Origin: Phoronis australis | Lineage: Eukaryota; Animalia; Phoronida | Direction: 5' to 3' | Assembly (NCBI GenBank): GCA_002633005.1 | Contig: NMRA01000050.1 | Span: 575,353 to 639,352, forward strand | DNA length: 64,000 nt | Part shown: positions 37,490-48,764 of the stretch, in pieces | How positions within the stretch are numbered: position 1 is the stretch's first letter | Layout: each line of letters starts with the position of its first letter | The notes under the pieces: generated by a model | Databases searched by the model: none | Told to the model about the DNA's origin: nothing | Seen by the model: only the letters and a program-made list of their open reading frames with translations | Program-made: the position numbers and the translations under genes

Positions 37490-38490
37490 ACACGATTTGC
37501 ACGCAACTGGGCGAGAAAGCGTGCACTGTTCATCCCATAGTAAACAACGAATTCTTCGGCACTTCAAAGCTATAGGCTGGAAGGCCCCGCCACAGATTGA
37601 AGTGAGCTAGTTGCTATGGGCTTGGTCGAATGTGTATTGGATCAGTGAGATAATTTCGGTCGTAAACCAACGAGCCTGTTTAACGCACGAGGCTCAAAGT
37701 CAAAAAGAAAAAAACAATAAGTAAGGCAAACGGTCAACATGACAGTTTTTAAAATTGAAAAGTGAACAGTAGTCATTCTTGAATTTTTAAATGAACAAAA
37801 TTAGCGAATAGGTTTTCTTCAACGGCGCGGTTCCAAACGCATTAATACGTCGAATCAATGAGGACGGGTTAGTCATAGTCTGGCTTATGCTTAGGTGATA
37901 GGGTCACTGGCAACACCCCAAATGTTATGGTAGGAGTACCGTGGAGGCGGTGGCCTCTGTATAGCTGAGGCCGGGTACTACATATACGCAACTCTTACGC
38001 TAAGGGGATTTGCACGCATTGACGCTCGGAGAAAACTTGGACTGTTCACCCCACTGAGAGTAGCTAGTGAATTTCTCCGCACATCAAACGTTTGATGGCG
38101 CCGTCAAAGGTTAAAGTGTGCTAGTCGCTATTCGATCGTGAGCTTGACCGATGTGTATTGGACGAAATAATTAATTGCGGTCAACCAACAAACCATGTTC
38201 AGCGTACGCACGAAAAACAAAGAAGAAGAATTGGAACAAACAACTAACACGACTGTCAAAATTGAGAAGTAAACAGGCCTATTAGCCGTCTCCCAATTTT
38301 TCAAGATCGATTGGATGAGAGAACTAATTAGAGAATAGGTTTTCTTCAACAGCCCGGCTTATCCCGGACGACATCCATTAATTTGCCGTGAATCGATTAA
38401 GAAACGTATAGACACAGTTTGTCTTAAGCTTGCTTAGAAGTTGGGGAAACAAAACCTTAATGGGGCGTAGGAGTTCAGTGATGGCCTGCA
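37490..38490 (+). repeat. Diverged ~520-bp tandem duplication
   Basis: Collinear blocks: GATTTGCACGCA at 37494/38007, ACTGTTCA at 37525/38041, TGTGTATTGGA at 37631/38152, AATTAG-GAATAGGTTTTCTTCAAC at 37799/38326, TAGGAGT at 37931 matched at 38468. Confidence 0.8.
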
Positions 38491-38569
38491 CGGCCATCAG
38501 TGGCGTTGCCCCTTGGCAGGGCACTAGCCGATCGAGAACCGAGATCACGCATGTCCATGCATTACAAGT

Positions 38570-39322
38570 GATGCCATTGGTTCCGGCAAAATAGTTGACA
38601 ATATGGCCGACGGAGGTCTCAATGAGTAACCACTGATTTTATGTGACTTCAGTGTTGACTGTGTGAACTCAGTATTTTTGTGGCATCGGTGAGCTCAATT
38701 AGATCTGCATAACACACACCAATGGACTCCTGTTCCGGTACCCATGGAGAGCCTGCCCCCCAGGGGTCACTTATACTGACAATGTGCCCCAGGGCTTGTA
38801 CCAAAAATTGCTGAGAGACCCCCTGTTGAGGTTGCCAGCTAGGTTTTGATGAATCACAGTCCCACCAAGGCGGCCCTATTTTGCGGGGTACCGCCAAGTC
38901 GCAGGGTCGAAATGGAAACTTAGGGGCCTATTGTACCCCCTGCGGGTTCCGCAAAACTTGCTGGAAAAGTACCGCCTACCCGCAATTTTTAGTACACGGC
39001 TGCGGGCCCCTTGTCAATATGACCACTCGGAGTTGAGCCTACCCCGCCCCATTCCTTCTTCTCAATGTTAATTAGCGACATCTGTTGTCGTTTGAATGAA
39101 ATAACGTCAATTTGCTTTTCCAAAGACCCTTTAATAACGACATATTTCATTGGACAATAAAGAGATTCAGTGTTGTTAAACGCCATGTGAATGGTCATCT
39201 TTGATAGAGTGTTGCCCTTGGTTCGAAATAGTTGACAATATGGCCGACGGAGGTCCAAATGATTAGCCAGAATTAGTGTAAATTTGTTCAGATGTGTGAT
39301 GGTATTTTTTTAAACGGTGAGT
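38570..39322 (+). promoter_or_regulatory. Putative TTLL4 promoter / first-exon modules (two copies)
   Basis: AAATAGTTGACAATATGGCCGACGGAGGTC is identical at about 38589 and 39226. It contains a YY1-like AATATGGCC motif, and each copy is followed by a CG|GTGAG donor (38689 and 39317). The region is CpG-rich. Confidence 0.55.
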
Positions 39323-39368
39323 TATTGCACGCACTATTGACTGGATTGACACATCTTTTCTTTCAGTT

Positions 39369-39414
39369 ATGAACTATGGCTTGACTAAGCTTACTTTTAA
39401 TACCACGCGAGGTA
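39369..39414 (+). CDS. Candidate first coding exon of TTLL4
   Basis: Strong acceptor tcttttctttcag at 39366, ATG at 39369 (MNYGLTKLTFNTTRG), donor A|GTAAGT, phase 1. No homology support. Confidence 0.4.
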
Positions 39415-39689
39415 GTAAGTGATGTGAGATGGAGATTTTGCCTTTTTAATTTTCTCTCACTTTTTAACTTCTTGTCAAGAAGTCATTTGAAAGGAATTAA
39501 CTCTTAACTGGTTCTCCCACTGATGTGCCATCAAGTGGACCATGTGAGAGTACAAGGCCATGAAGTTGAGAAGTCTCTTTCCCTGACACAAATTGAATAT
39601 GCCAGCCCCTGATTTTGAGCAATATTCAGTGGATGAAACGTACTGTACTACTGTACGGTTTTCTAAATCAGAGACCATTACATTTGGCC

Positions 39690-40110
39690 GCAAATGCATC
39701 CAAGTCTCTCAATAACTTTCTACATTCACGACATTTAGGGAGCCGACAACATATGATATGTTATGTATTTTGATTTAAAAACACATCGGAAACTCATTCT
39801 TCCCGGTGTTTATTTGTCCGCGCCTTTTTATTCTTTGTTGAAATGAAAACCTGTCAGTGTCAAGTCTGAAACAACTCGCATATATATGTGGCATGACAAA
39901 TGATGAACTGAAATGTTGGTAATGTTAGTAGTGATGTAGGAGAAATTCATGCAATACGAAAATAATAAACTTAAACCTCGAGTTCATATTACATGTTTGA
40001 GATGAGCTCAACTCAGTTCAATTTCATCCCCTGTGTAGTTTATTCCCGTTGGATAGGCTCACCCCATGTCGTGAGTTTAAAAAGTTATTGAGAGACTGGA
40101 TTGCATTTGC
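39690..40110. mobile_element. MITE with ~55-bp imperfect TIRs
   Basis: GCAAATGCATCCAAGTCTCTCAATAACTTT...CACGACAT versus ATGTCGTG...AAAGTTATTGAGAGACTGGATTGCATTTGC. Confidence 0.75.
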
Positions 40111-42226
40111 CATTTAACCAGGCATAGGCACGTACATTGGCATTGGCAATTGTATACCCCCTTAAAAGTAACTCATTTTAATATAACAGCGAATAACATC
40201 GAATGATTGAAGCATGTGTGTATAGGCTCTGTGTTATAATCAATAATACCATGATTCTGGAGACGAATTAGTCAACGTGTCTATGAAAATATGTCAGAGG
40301 TTCACTTGAGCTTCCCTCGCCAGGTGCAATTTTGAGGAAGTTATGCGAAATCATGCCAGTTCACAAACAAAAAGTCTAACTTTGAAGGGTTACGATGAAT
40401 CTTACAAATTTCTCTGGATATTTTCATAAGAATGTTGAAGGAATTGGGAAACTTCTCCCTCACTCAGTCAAGTGGTTGCGGTTTATATTTCTACCAATTT
40501 TGAAAGTTGTATAGCAGGAGGTTGATTTCTGAATTGCTGAGAAAATTTTGGTAGCGTTTCTGCCAGAGCTTGTTGAGGGACCTAGATAAACCAAGAAGTT
40601 TGAGAAATGAAAAATTTAGTCATTCCAAACAAAAACATTATTAAGTAAATGTGGTAGGGATTGAGAGCATTTTACAAATGAGTATTGGACGTGGACTGCT
40701 GCCTTGGGAGTCTGACTCTATCATGGAAACCAAGAGATAATTGTTACTTGGCATGCAACTTAGGAACAAGCCTATGTCAGCAATTCCCTGGGACCCAGTG
40801 CCCGGTTGCATGAAACAGTCCCAAATAGTTAATCCATTAGTCCCCTAAATCTTTTGACTTGCTTCAATGGTTGATTCAACTACTTAAATGGAATACCATT
40901 TTGATGCCACTTGATCACAGCAGCACTTGTTTTAGACAACACTCTTAGTATAATGCACTTGGCTTCATTCTAGTTGATGTGCAGCACTCACACAAATCTT
41001 GTGACTCTTACCAATTGTGCACAGTAGTCACTGTATTAGGATATTTAGAGCTGCTAATAACTTGTAAGACTTTGAACAATAATCAATTGTGTTTATGTAT
41101 TGACTGCTGTATTTTTTCATGGAAAAGTGGCCGGCGTCACTTACAGGGGTCCGAATTTTGATATCCTGTTTGATGCCTCTTTCTTAGTGGAAAAACTAGT
41201 TCTTAAAATGCAGAAAGTGAATACTGACAGGCAAGTTAGCTCATTGAGTATCCAAGTATGGAAGTGAATACTGTCAGAAATGGACAATTTTTTACTTTGT
41301 GCAAAATGATTGATGGCAACGAATGAGAATCCTTGTTAGTCATCATGATCTGTGAATTCTTCTCAATAATGGAAATAAATTCTAATTTGAGTAATGAACA
41401 TGTTCAGGCTACTTTAAGAAATAATTGATAAAAAATTACGACTCTATCAAACTTTCAGAATATTGAGTGAATTATGCATTGCACAACCCTGTTGATTTAT
41501 GTTGACATGGCCACGTGGAGCTTTTTTTCCAGTGGCACTGACATCAACTATTCATATTCATCAAATTCTTTACTCTGTCCAGGTCACAACCGCTCAACCT
41601 CTCAGTCGTCACAAATTTCAATATTCTCTCCCCAGTCACCTTCACTTTCACCTTGTCACATGTTTCAGCAGGCGGTCATCACTAATTTCACAAATTAACC
41701 CTAAGCATGCTTGGGAGGGCATGTGTCCTCAGTCTACTTTTGTCTTCTGTCCCCCCATTGGGACTTCCTGCCATCACAGTTTTACCACCAGTTGCTCTAC
41801 TACATCCTCTGTTGTCACAATTGTCAAAAGGTTTCCCTCAAGGTCTCCCTAATTACTGTAATGCAGTGTGTGTAAGTGTTTTTATGTATTTGTAAAACCT
41901 GTTATGTCGTGGTAAGTGTGTGTGTGTGAACGTATATGCATTACTAATTACATGTACAAATACTAGCTCAGTATATGTTTACGTATGAATATAAATTCAA
42001 ATTCTCTGCGTACGTCCGTCATACCCCTTTAAACGTAATTTTCTCAGTCAGATAATGAGACCTATCAATTGGTGTACTAATTATTTTCCTAGGATGAACA
42101 TTTTTTCACAATTGATCAAAATGTTCTCTGGTTGTATGTCCGTCATAAATGGAATTGCCCAGAAACAAAAGGTGTCTAGGGAACTTTCGCTATTTTTGAA
42201 TAAGCATTTCACCTCTGTTTAACTGG

Positions 42227-42383
42227 CATAGGTGGATTCAGGGCTGGGTCAAGGGGGTCCGGACCCCCTTTGCCCTTGATTTTAGTGATATCAAATCTAG
42301 AATTTTCAAATTGGTGATTTGGTTCCCCGTTTTTAAAAAAATCCTTGATCCGACCCCTCTTTGAAAAATCTTGCATCTGACTG
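42227..42383. mobile_element. Short degenerate MITE of the CA(G/T)(A/T)GG(C/T)GGAT class
   Basis: CATAGGTGGATTCAGG start, GGGGTCCGGACCCCC palindrome and GACCCC motifs, resembling 22193-23054. Confidence 0.45.
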
Positions 42384-45300
42384 GGATTAAAATCATTACC
42401 ATGCCCATGTGGTCTTCAATTGTTAATGAATAAGCCGACGAATCAAGTAACATTTTCAAATTCACAACCTCAATAAACGGTGGAGCTTTTTTTTGAGTCG
42501 CCATTGGTTTTGATGTTCTTGTTGACAATGGATATAGAATCCTATCGTGATAAAGAATATTACTTGATGATTAAAAAGGTCTAATTTGAGTTTTCGTTGT
42601 AGCCAGCTAAACAGTGGTAAATGAAGCGTTAAATGGTGTTTGTCTGGACTGTAAAGTTCACTCATGTAATGTGCAACACATGTACTGGTGTCTGCTCACC
42701 TTTCGTTGTAATGAGGCTGAAATCAACAACTTTTTGTGTTCTGTTAGTGAATAGTCCAATCCATATTGAGGGAGAGTTCAGCTACAGTATTGCTGACAAT
42801 TTTTCTCTGTATTATGGAACGGTTGTTGGCTCGTAAACAACAGGTGACATCACTGAAAATTTGGTGACTTGTATAATATGTCAGAGAACAGCACTTGAGC
42901 TGACAATAGTTGAAGGCTTGGATCCACTACAACATGCCGTCTGGTGTGAGTATGGCTAAACAAGTTTAACGTGAGCTTCTGATGCATGGAATGAACACAC
43001 ACAGACTTATAGCAAATATCCTGTGTGAAAGATAGAGGCATGTGCCATCTCATCCCAGTCAAGTTAAATCACACCAACTAAAATGGCAGGCCAGTGTGGC
43101 ATGGATCCAACTGATGGAAATGCAAGATATTGCCTTGCATTGCAAGTGAAGAACATCATCTCACTAGCTTTACTTACTAACCTCTTTCGTCTTCGGAATG
43201 CAGCCAAGGTTTATTCATGTCTTGCAAATTTTCAGTGAAATCGGCAGATGTCTACGAGTTGACAACCATCTGTCTCACAATGCATTTGAAAAATGACAAT
43301 CAGCAATTTTCACCCGTAGTGAGTAGGTTTTACCACTTCCCCAAATTAAAGTGTAAACTTAAGCCACTTCGTTAATTCCGGGAATTTGTTGTTTTGAGTT
43401 ACTGTTGTTGTTCTCTCGCTAGAAGTGGTTGCTGGACTGGCCCATTCCTGAATCAGTGCCTGCTAGGTGCTGTCAAGGCGATTACCATTGATTTATTTGT
43501 CTTTCATCTTTGAGTTATTGTTTGCTCATCAAACTCCATAATTGTTTAAGTTTGTTCAAGTGGAGATGCTATTAGGTAGCCTTGAAATTGTCCAGTGTCA
43601 ATTTTGGTGGGGGGGGGGCTGAGACTTCGAGCTGCCATATGGTGATAGCTATTCAGCAAAATATCTGCTCTGAAGTTTTCTGTTTGAAGGAGTGTTAGGT
43701 TGTAAAAACAATTTCTACGTATACATTTAAATCGTATGGTATTACTTTTGGTCTAAAGCACTTCTAGAAATGGGTATGACAAGAGTATATGACTTTGGTA
43801 TATCAGGAAACAATCTTTCGTTATGGAACTGTAATTAAGATTTTAATTTATACAACGTAGTTCACTATTTTACGGTACTTTGGAACTCCTATTCCAATGA
43901 CAAATCCCCGTTCATTGAAAACTTACATGAGTCTAACCACAACACGAATAACATTTTTTTAAAGAAAATGTTCATGGTTTTATGCAAGTGCTGAAGGCCC
44001 ACATTGCTCTGAGCAAAACATAGAGCAAAACAGTCTTGACAGATTCGTTTGAGTGACCCCCCTGATTGTGTCTGCTTGCTGATCTTAGATCACATTAATA
44101 GATTGCATTTAAATTGATTGGTTATTAATCCTGATTACTATGCCATGGTCACTGCTATGGACCTGGTGTTGATAGTTGTCATCTGCTGTTGATCCATGTT
44201 GAAGGTTCGAGAAATTCGTTTTGGAGACCTTTTAAAGGTGAGCATAACACTCTTACGGTATGATTTACATGGTGAATTCTGACATTTTGTGGGTTGAAAT
44301 CCACACTCTCTTGAGACGAGGCAAATTGTATTTGCAAGGACACTTGACATGTTATGCTATTTTTCATTCATAAAAGTTGACACCTGCTTTGTTGTTGGAG
44401 TTTAGCTGTGAAGAATAAACTTGCTTTATGAGCTGTTTTAAACTTAGCCTTTGCTACAAACTTATTGACATCGGGGCTGAAGTTCAATGTGCTGGTAAGG
44501 ACAAATTTAATGCTTATTTGTTATAAAGGTCACTAAATAAACCATCTAGTGAGGTGATCGAGAAACCAGTTCACTCGTATGTGTGTGCTTATGAATCCAT
44601 GAATTCGGAATCTGGTTTTGTTCAAAATAACTAAGGTTTCCTTGGAACTGAACAAGACTGTTGTCCATTAAAAAAGAACTGGTCTTAGAAAAACAGCAGG
44701 AATACAATGATTGACTGATGAATAATTCTCAAAGGGGGTAGGTTGAAGTTGACTTAACATTGGTCCTAAATATTGCCACAATAGTCATTTATGTGTCCAT
44801 TATAACACCACCTAGAAGTTTTAAATACACACTTATGCAATTAATGGTTAAAAGGTTTACAAAGTTGATGGAAGCCCATTCAGAAACGAGTTAAATATTT
44901 CTCCCCTGGGTGCCCACTTGCAGTCACTGGTGATAGGTTCGTTGACTGTGGCCTTTTCATTGAAGACATGGTGGTTACCAGATTGGGTTTGTCATGACTG
45001 ACAGTACCAGGTTGGGTGGTGTTAACAGTCGTAAACAATACAGGTTGGTGTGGATCAGTCTTCTGAGAAGTCACTTGGTAAATACCTACTTGCAAAAAAG
45101 AAATATCATTGCTTTTCCTTATTTTTCACCTGTTTAAAATGTGGAGTGAGTCTCATTAATTGACAGTCTACAACTTACAATTTTTTTTATACCTGCGATA
45201 TTTTGCCATCGACTTTTTAGGTGATAAAAAGTGTATCTGAAAGTTTCATTTGAATTTGATCAGCCATGTCAGAAATGCGATCTTAGTCAAATTTGGCATT

Positions 45301-45645
45301 TTCTAGAGTTGCGCATTTACCTTTAAAGTGCAATCTATTGTAAAACTGAATGTTAAGTACAATAAAAATCTTTCAATGTTAGAGAAAAATAATTGGAAAA
45401 TGACCCTTTTAATTTTCTAGGGTTCACTACATTACTACAAATGTTCTAAAAATTTTCCAAATATTTGGTGATAAAAGCAGAGTTGTCACGGAGTGAGTTG
45501 TCACTGCATGACTTGCTCCGCATTAGTCGGATTTACACGACATTAGATGACAAACTGGATCAGTATGAGTCATTTACACAAAGACTGTCTGTGCATGCTC
45601 ACATAAACAGCGAACGTCCAAACCAAGTGGAATGCCAGCGGGGAT

Positions 45646-46771
45646 TATGGCGTGTTATGTGTTGCAAAATTCAATGTTCAAAAAATTAGGTTTGATGTAA
45701 TTATATGTATTCGATATCTTAGATTTATATTTGATCTTCTTATGTTTATATTTGATCTTCGTATATTTATATTTGATCTTATATTCAATGTTATCTACAT
45801 TTATGTTTCATAAGATTATATGTATTCAATGTTCATTACAATTGTATTCCATGTTTTGAAAATTTCTGTTCGATGTTCATATATGTATTCGGTAATGTCA
45901 AGTTTTTGTTCGATGTCTTCCGGTTATATTCGATAATGGAACTCTGGGTAAATTGAAACGACGGCCGTGATTGGTCAGCGTGTTCACAAATATCGGTAGA
46001 TCTCGCCTTCTGTCCTTGCTGTGGTTGGTGTGGACGTTGATCGAGTGCAGGACCTGGTACGCCGGTGGTGGTAGAGGTGGTGTGCTTGATCTTCTTCTGG
46101 AGACGAGACGCTGGCTGGATGGCAACAGCGTGATTGACATCGTAGAGGTGAAGCTGGCTTGATGGCAACAGCTTAGAGTTTGATTCACATGAAGCGGGCT
46201 TGTTGGCAACAGCTGTCATGCTACTGATTGCTTGTCTTTATAGTCAGTGCCCCGTCGGGACAGTTTTTTTTTCCGTTGTCTTTATACTGCCCCGACGCCC
46301 CTTCGGAACATGCAGTTACCAGTGGCACAGGGCCCGAACCCTTAGTGCTCCGGTAGCAGGTTGTCACGAAATTTGGTTGTCTTTATACTGCCCCGTCGCC
46401 CCTTCGGAACAGTTACCAGTAGCGCAGGGCCCGAACCCTTAGTGCTCCGGTACATGGTTGTCACGACAGGAAGCAACTCTTCTTCGGTAGCCGCCATTTA
46501 TTTAATTCCAGGAACCAATCAGGGACGTCGTTTCATAATACCCATAATTCCGTTATTGAACATATCAAAAGAAACATCGAACACATATAACGAAACATCG
46601 AACATATATACTAAGTTATCGCACATAAGTATTTTCTTTATGGAATCAAAATATTTTGACATCAAATGTACAAACTATAAGATCAAATATAAATATAAGG
46701 TATCGAATACACATAATTACATCAAACCTAATTTTTTGAACATTGAATTTTGCAACATATAACACGCCATA
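45646..46771. mobile_element. Non-autonomous IS3EU-like element
   Basis: Long TIRs starting TATGGCGTGTTAT / ATAACACGCCATA (over 90 bp near-perfect, degenerate beyond) and an exact 6-bp TSD GGGGAT (45640-45645 and 46772-46777). TAY..RTA termini with a 6-bp TSD is the IS3EU signature as I recall it. Confidence 0.75.
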
Positions 46772-46826
46772 GGGGATCACCCCTATACGCTATTGCCTAA
46801 GCGCATTGAAAGATGATGCCTTCCAG

Positions 46827-46897
46827 CTGTGTTTAGACCTGTGGTTGAAACTGGAGCAATTGATCCCAGTGCAACTCCCTCTACCTCTCAAACTGGT
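46827..46897 (+). CDS. Candidate TTLL4 5' coding exon
   Basis: Acceptor ccttccag, VFRPVVETGAIDPSATPSTSQTG, donor GT|GTCAGT. Phase 1/0 bridges the 39369-39414 exon to the exon at 48765. Confidence 0.4.
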
Positions 46898-48764
46898 GTC
46901 AGTATGACCATTGCAGTGTCAACTTGTTCCGTTTCAGTTGTGTTTACACACGCACTTGTGCCCGATCAGCTTTTCCGTGTTTGTTGCATGGTGCCAACTG
47001 TCTCTCGTGTAAATGCGGCTTATGTTAAGCATGCTAAAATATTTAATATAGTTTCTTAAAAATATTTTTTTGTTGAGAAATTTTGCTTTTCTCCAACATT
47101 GTGTCCTAAAATAAACATTTGTAACCATAACCATGGGAAAAGGTCAAAATTAAATTTGTTATGATACAGTGGCCATAAACGTGCGTTTCACCCAAGAACT
47201 GAACTTTTGCTTTAGTCCACTTAACTGTACTTCGTGTCAACATGCCCCTTACTCAAATAATAATTAATTTCTAGCTTTGCAAACAACTGTCATTGCCTTA
47301 TTCCTTTCTACCATGCTAAGTGCATAAAATGGTACACGGTAATCTCACCTATAAAAAGGCTGCCGGTTCTTTTGGAGTCTTGAAATAACTCCCCAATTTT
47401 TCTAAGGAACAATTTGAAACCAATGTTGTTGAGATAGTTCTAGATCACAAGTATTTATGATGGTAGATATGTTTGTTAATGTTTATACTGGGCACTTTAT
47501 ACCATATACACTGCTTTAAGTACAAACTAAGTCCTGGTGTCTGTTTAATGAAATATATTGCATTTCCACTTCACAGTTACTGAATAGATATTTAGCCATT
47601 TAATTTTTAGCTCATCAGAGTCTTGAAATGATTTATACAAATTATCTAAGTCGCTTGCAGTTATGCATATACTCTCGGTACTTTTGATTAAGTGAGATTT
47701 AGTTATTTTCAGTTAGGTAAAACTAAATTTCTGACTTCTGTAAGTTTTAAGTCACGTTACATGAAGCAGACCCAAGGTCAACTCATGACAAAAAACGAGT
47801 TCGCCACTTCATGCTGCCTTGAACAGATGGTCCAGAGTTTTTGTGTGTACACCTAATAAGAAATCACACAGTACTACATTATAAATATTGATAACCTAGT
47901 CTCGCCCAGTTTCTGTTCGTCTTCTGACGGCAAACATCAGCCTGGACTTGGAAATAGAGTTATCTTATGTTTTATTCAGTAGCTCTGCATTGTTGCAAGT
48001 ATGTAGTCCTTAAGTGTCATGTATCAGTATAGGTAGTCGTGTACATAACAACTAACTTTTAGAATAGGTGCAATGAATATTTCAGAGTTTTCATTGTCAG
48101 ATTTCATGATTTGTTTCGAAGCCATAGCAACTAACTGCTTAGTCAGTGGTATGTTCATCATGAACATAAGCGGATATCTTGTCTTTATGGACAAATTAGT
48201 TCTGTTACATTGGATTATTGTTTCTGTCCATTTCTTCACATCAACATTATTTGTTTGGGGGTAAAACCATGGATATAAGAAACACAATGTTTAGTAGATT
48301 CCTTCAAAATACATTTCTTATAGTTACAAGAAGATCTCATCAGTCAGTGTTACTTTTGTCTACTTACAACAGGGGTGTCTTGTAAATTGGATGCCATGAA
48401 GTTTGAAAAAACAGAGATGTTGTTTTTTGATCTCCAAGAATTTTGCCGTGTTCAGGGTGTTGTGTTGAGATATCTCACAAATGGAGCTATCGAGGTGCAG
48501 GCAAAATTTGTTTTCTTTTTGGAAGTTTGTGTATGTTATTGAATATATTTGCTTGGTTCTCATCGAGTTGTAATCTTGCTATTGAATCAATTCATATTGC
48601 CTGAAATTGCATTTTGGTTCAGCGCTTAATGTCTCAGTGTGTTAAAAGTACACGTTTTGTTGTGGCATATGATGTGCGTGTCTTTTAGATATAAACAATG
48701 CCTGTAAGTCTAAGATATAGAGGTGTATGGAAGCCTTGTTCAGCTCTTCACTTGGTATTTTCAG

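Noticed and set aside
44923-45077. Exon-like segment with AG/GT boundaries in a TTLL4 intron
   Set aside because: All three plus-strand frames contain stops, and it is not needed for phase continuity.
3134-46771. Fanzor/TnpB or an intact transposase in any element
   Set aside because: No long ORF and no RuvC or DDE motifs are visible; all elements are non-autonomous.
47590-48350. Hammerhead-like CTGATGAG cores on minus at about 47615 and 48340
   Set aside because: Stems and the GAAA core cannot be assembled convincingly; at most decayed remnants.
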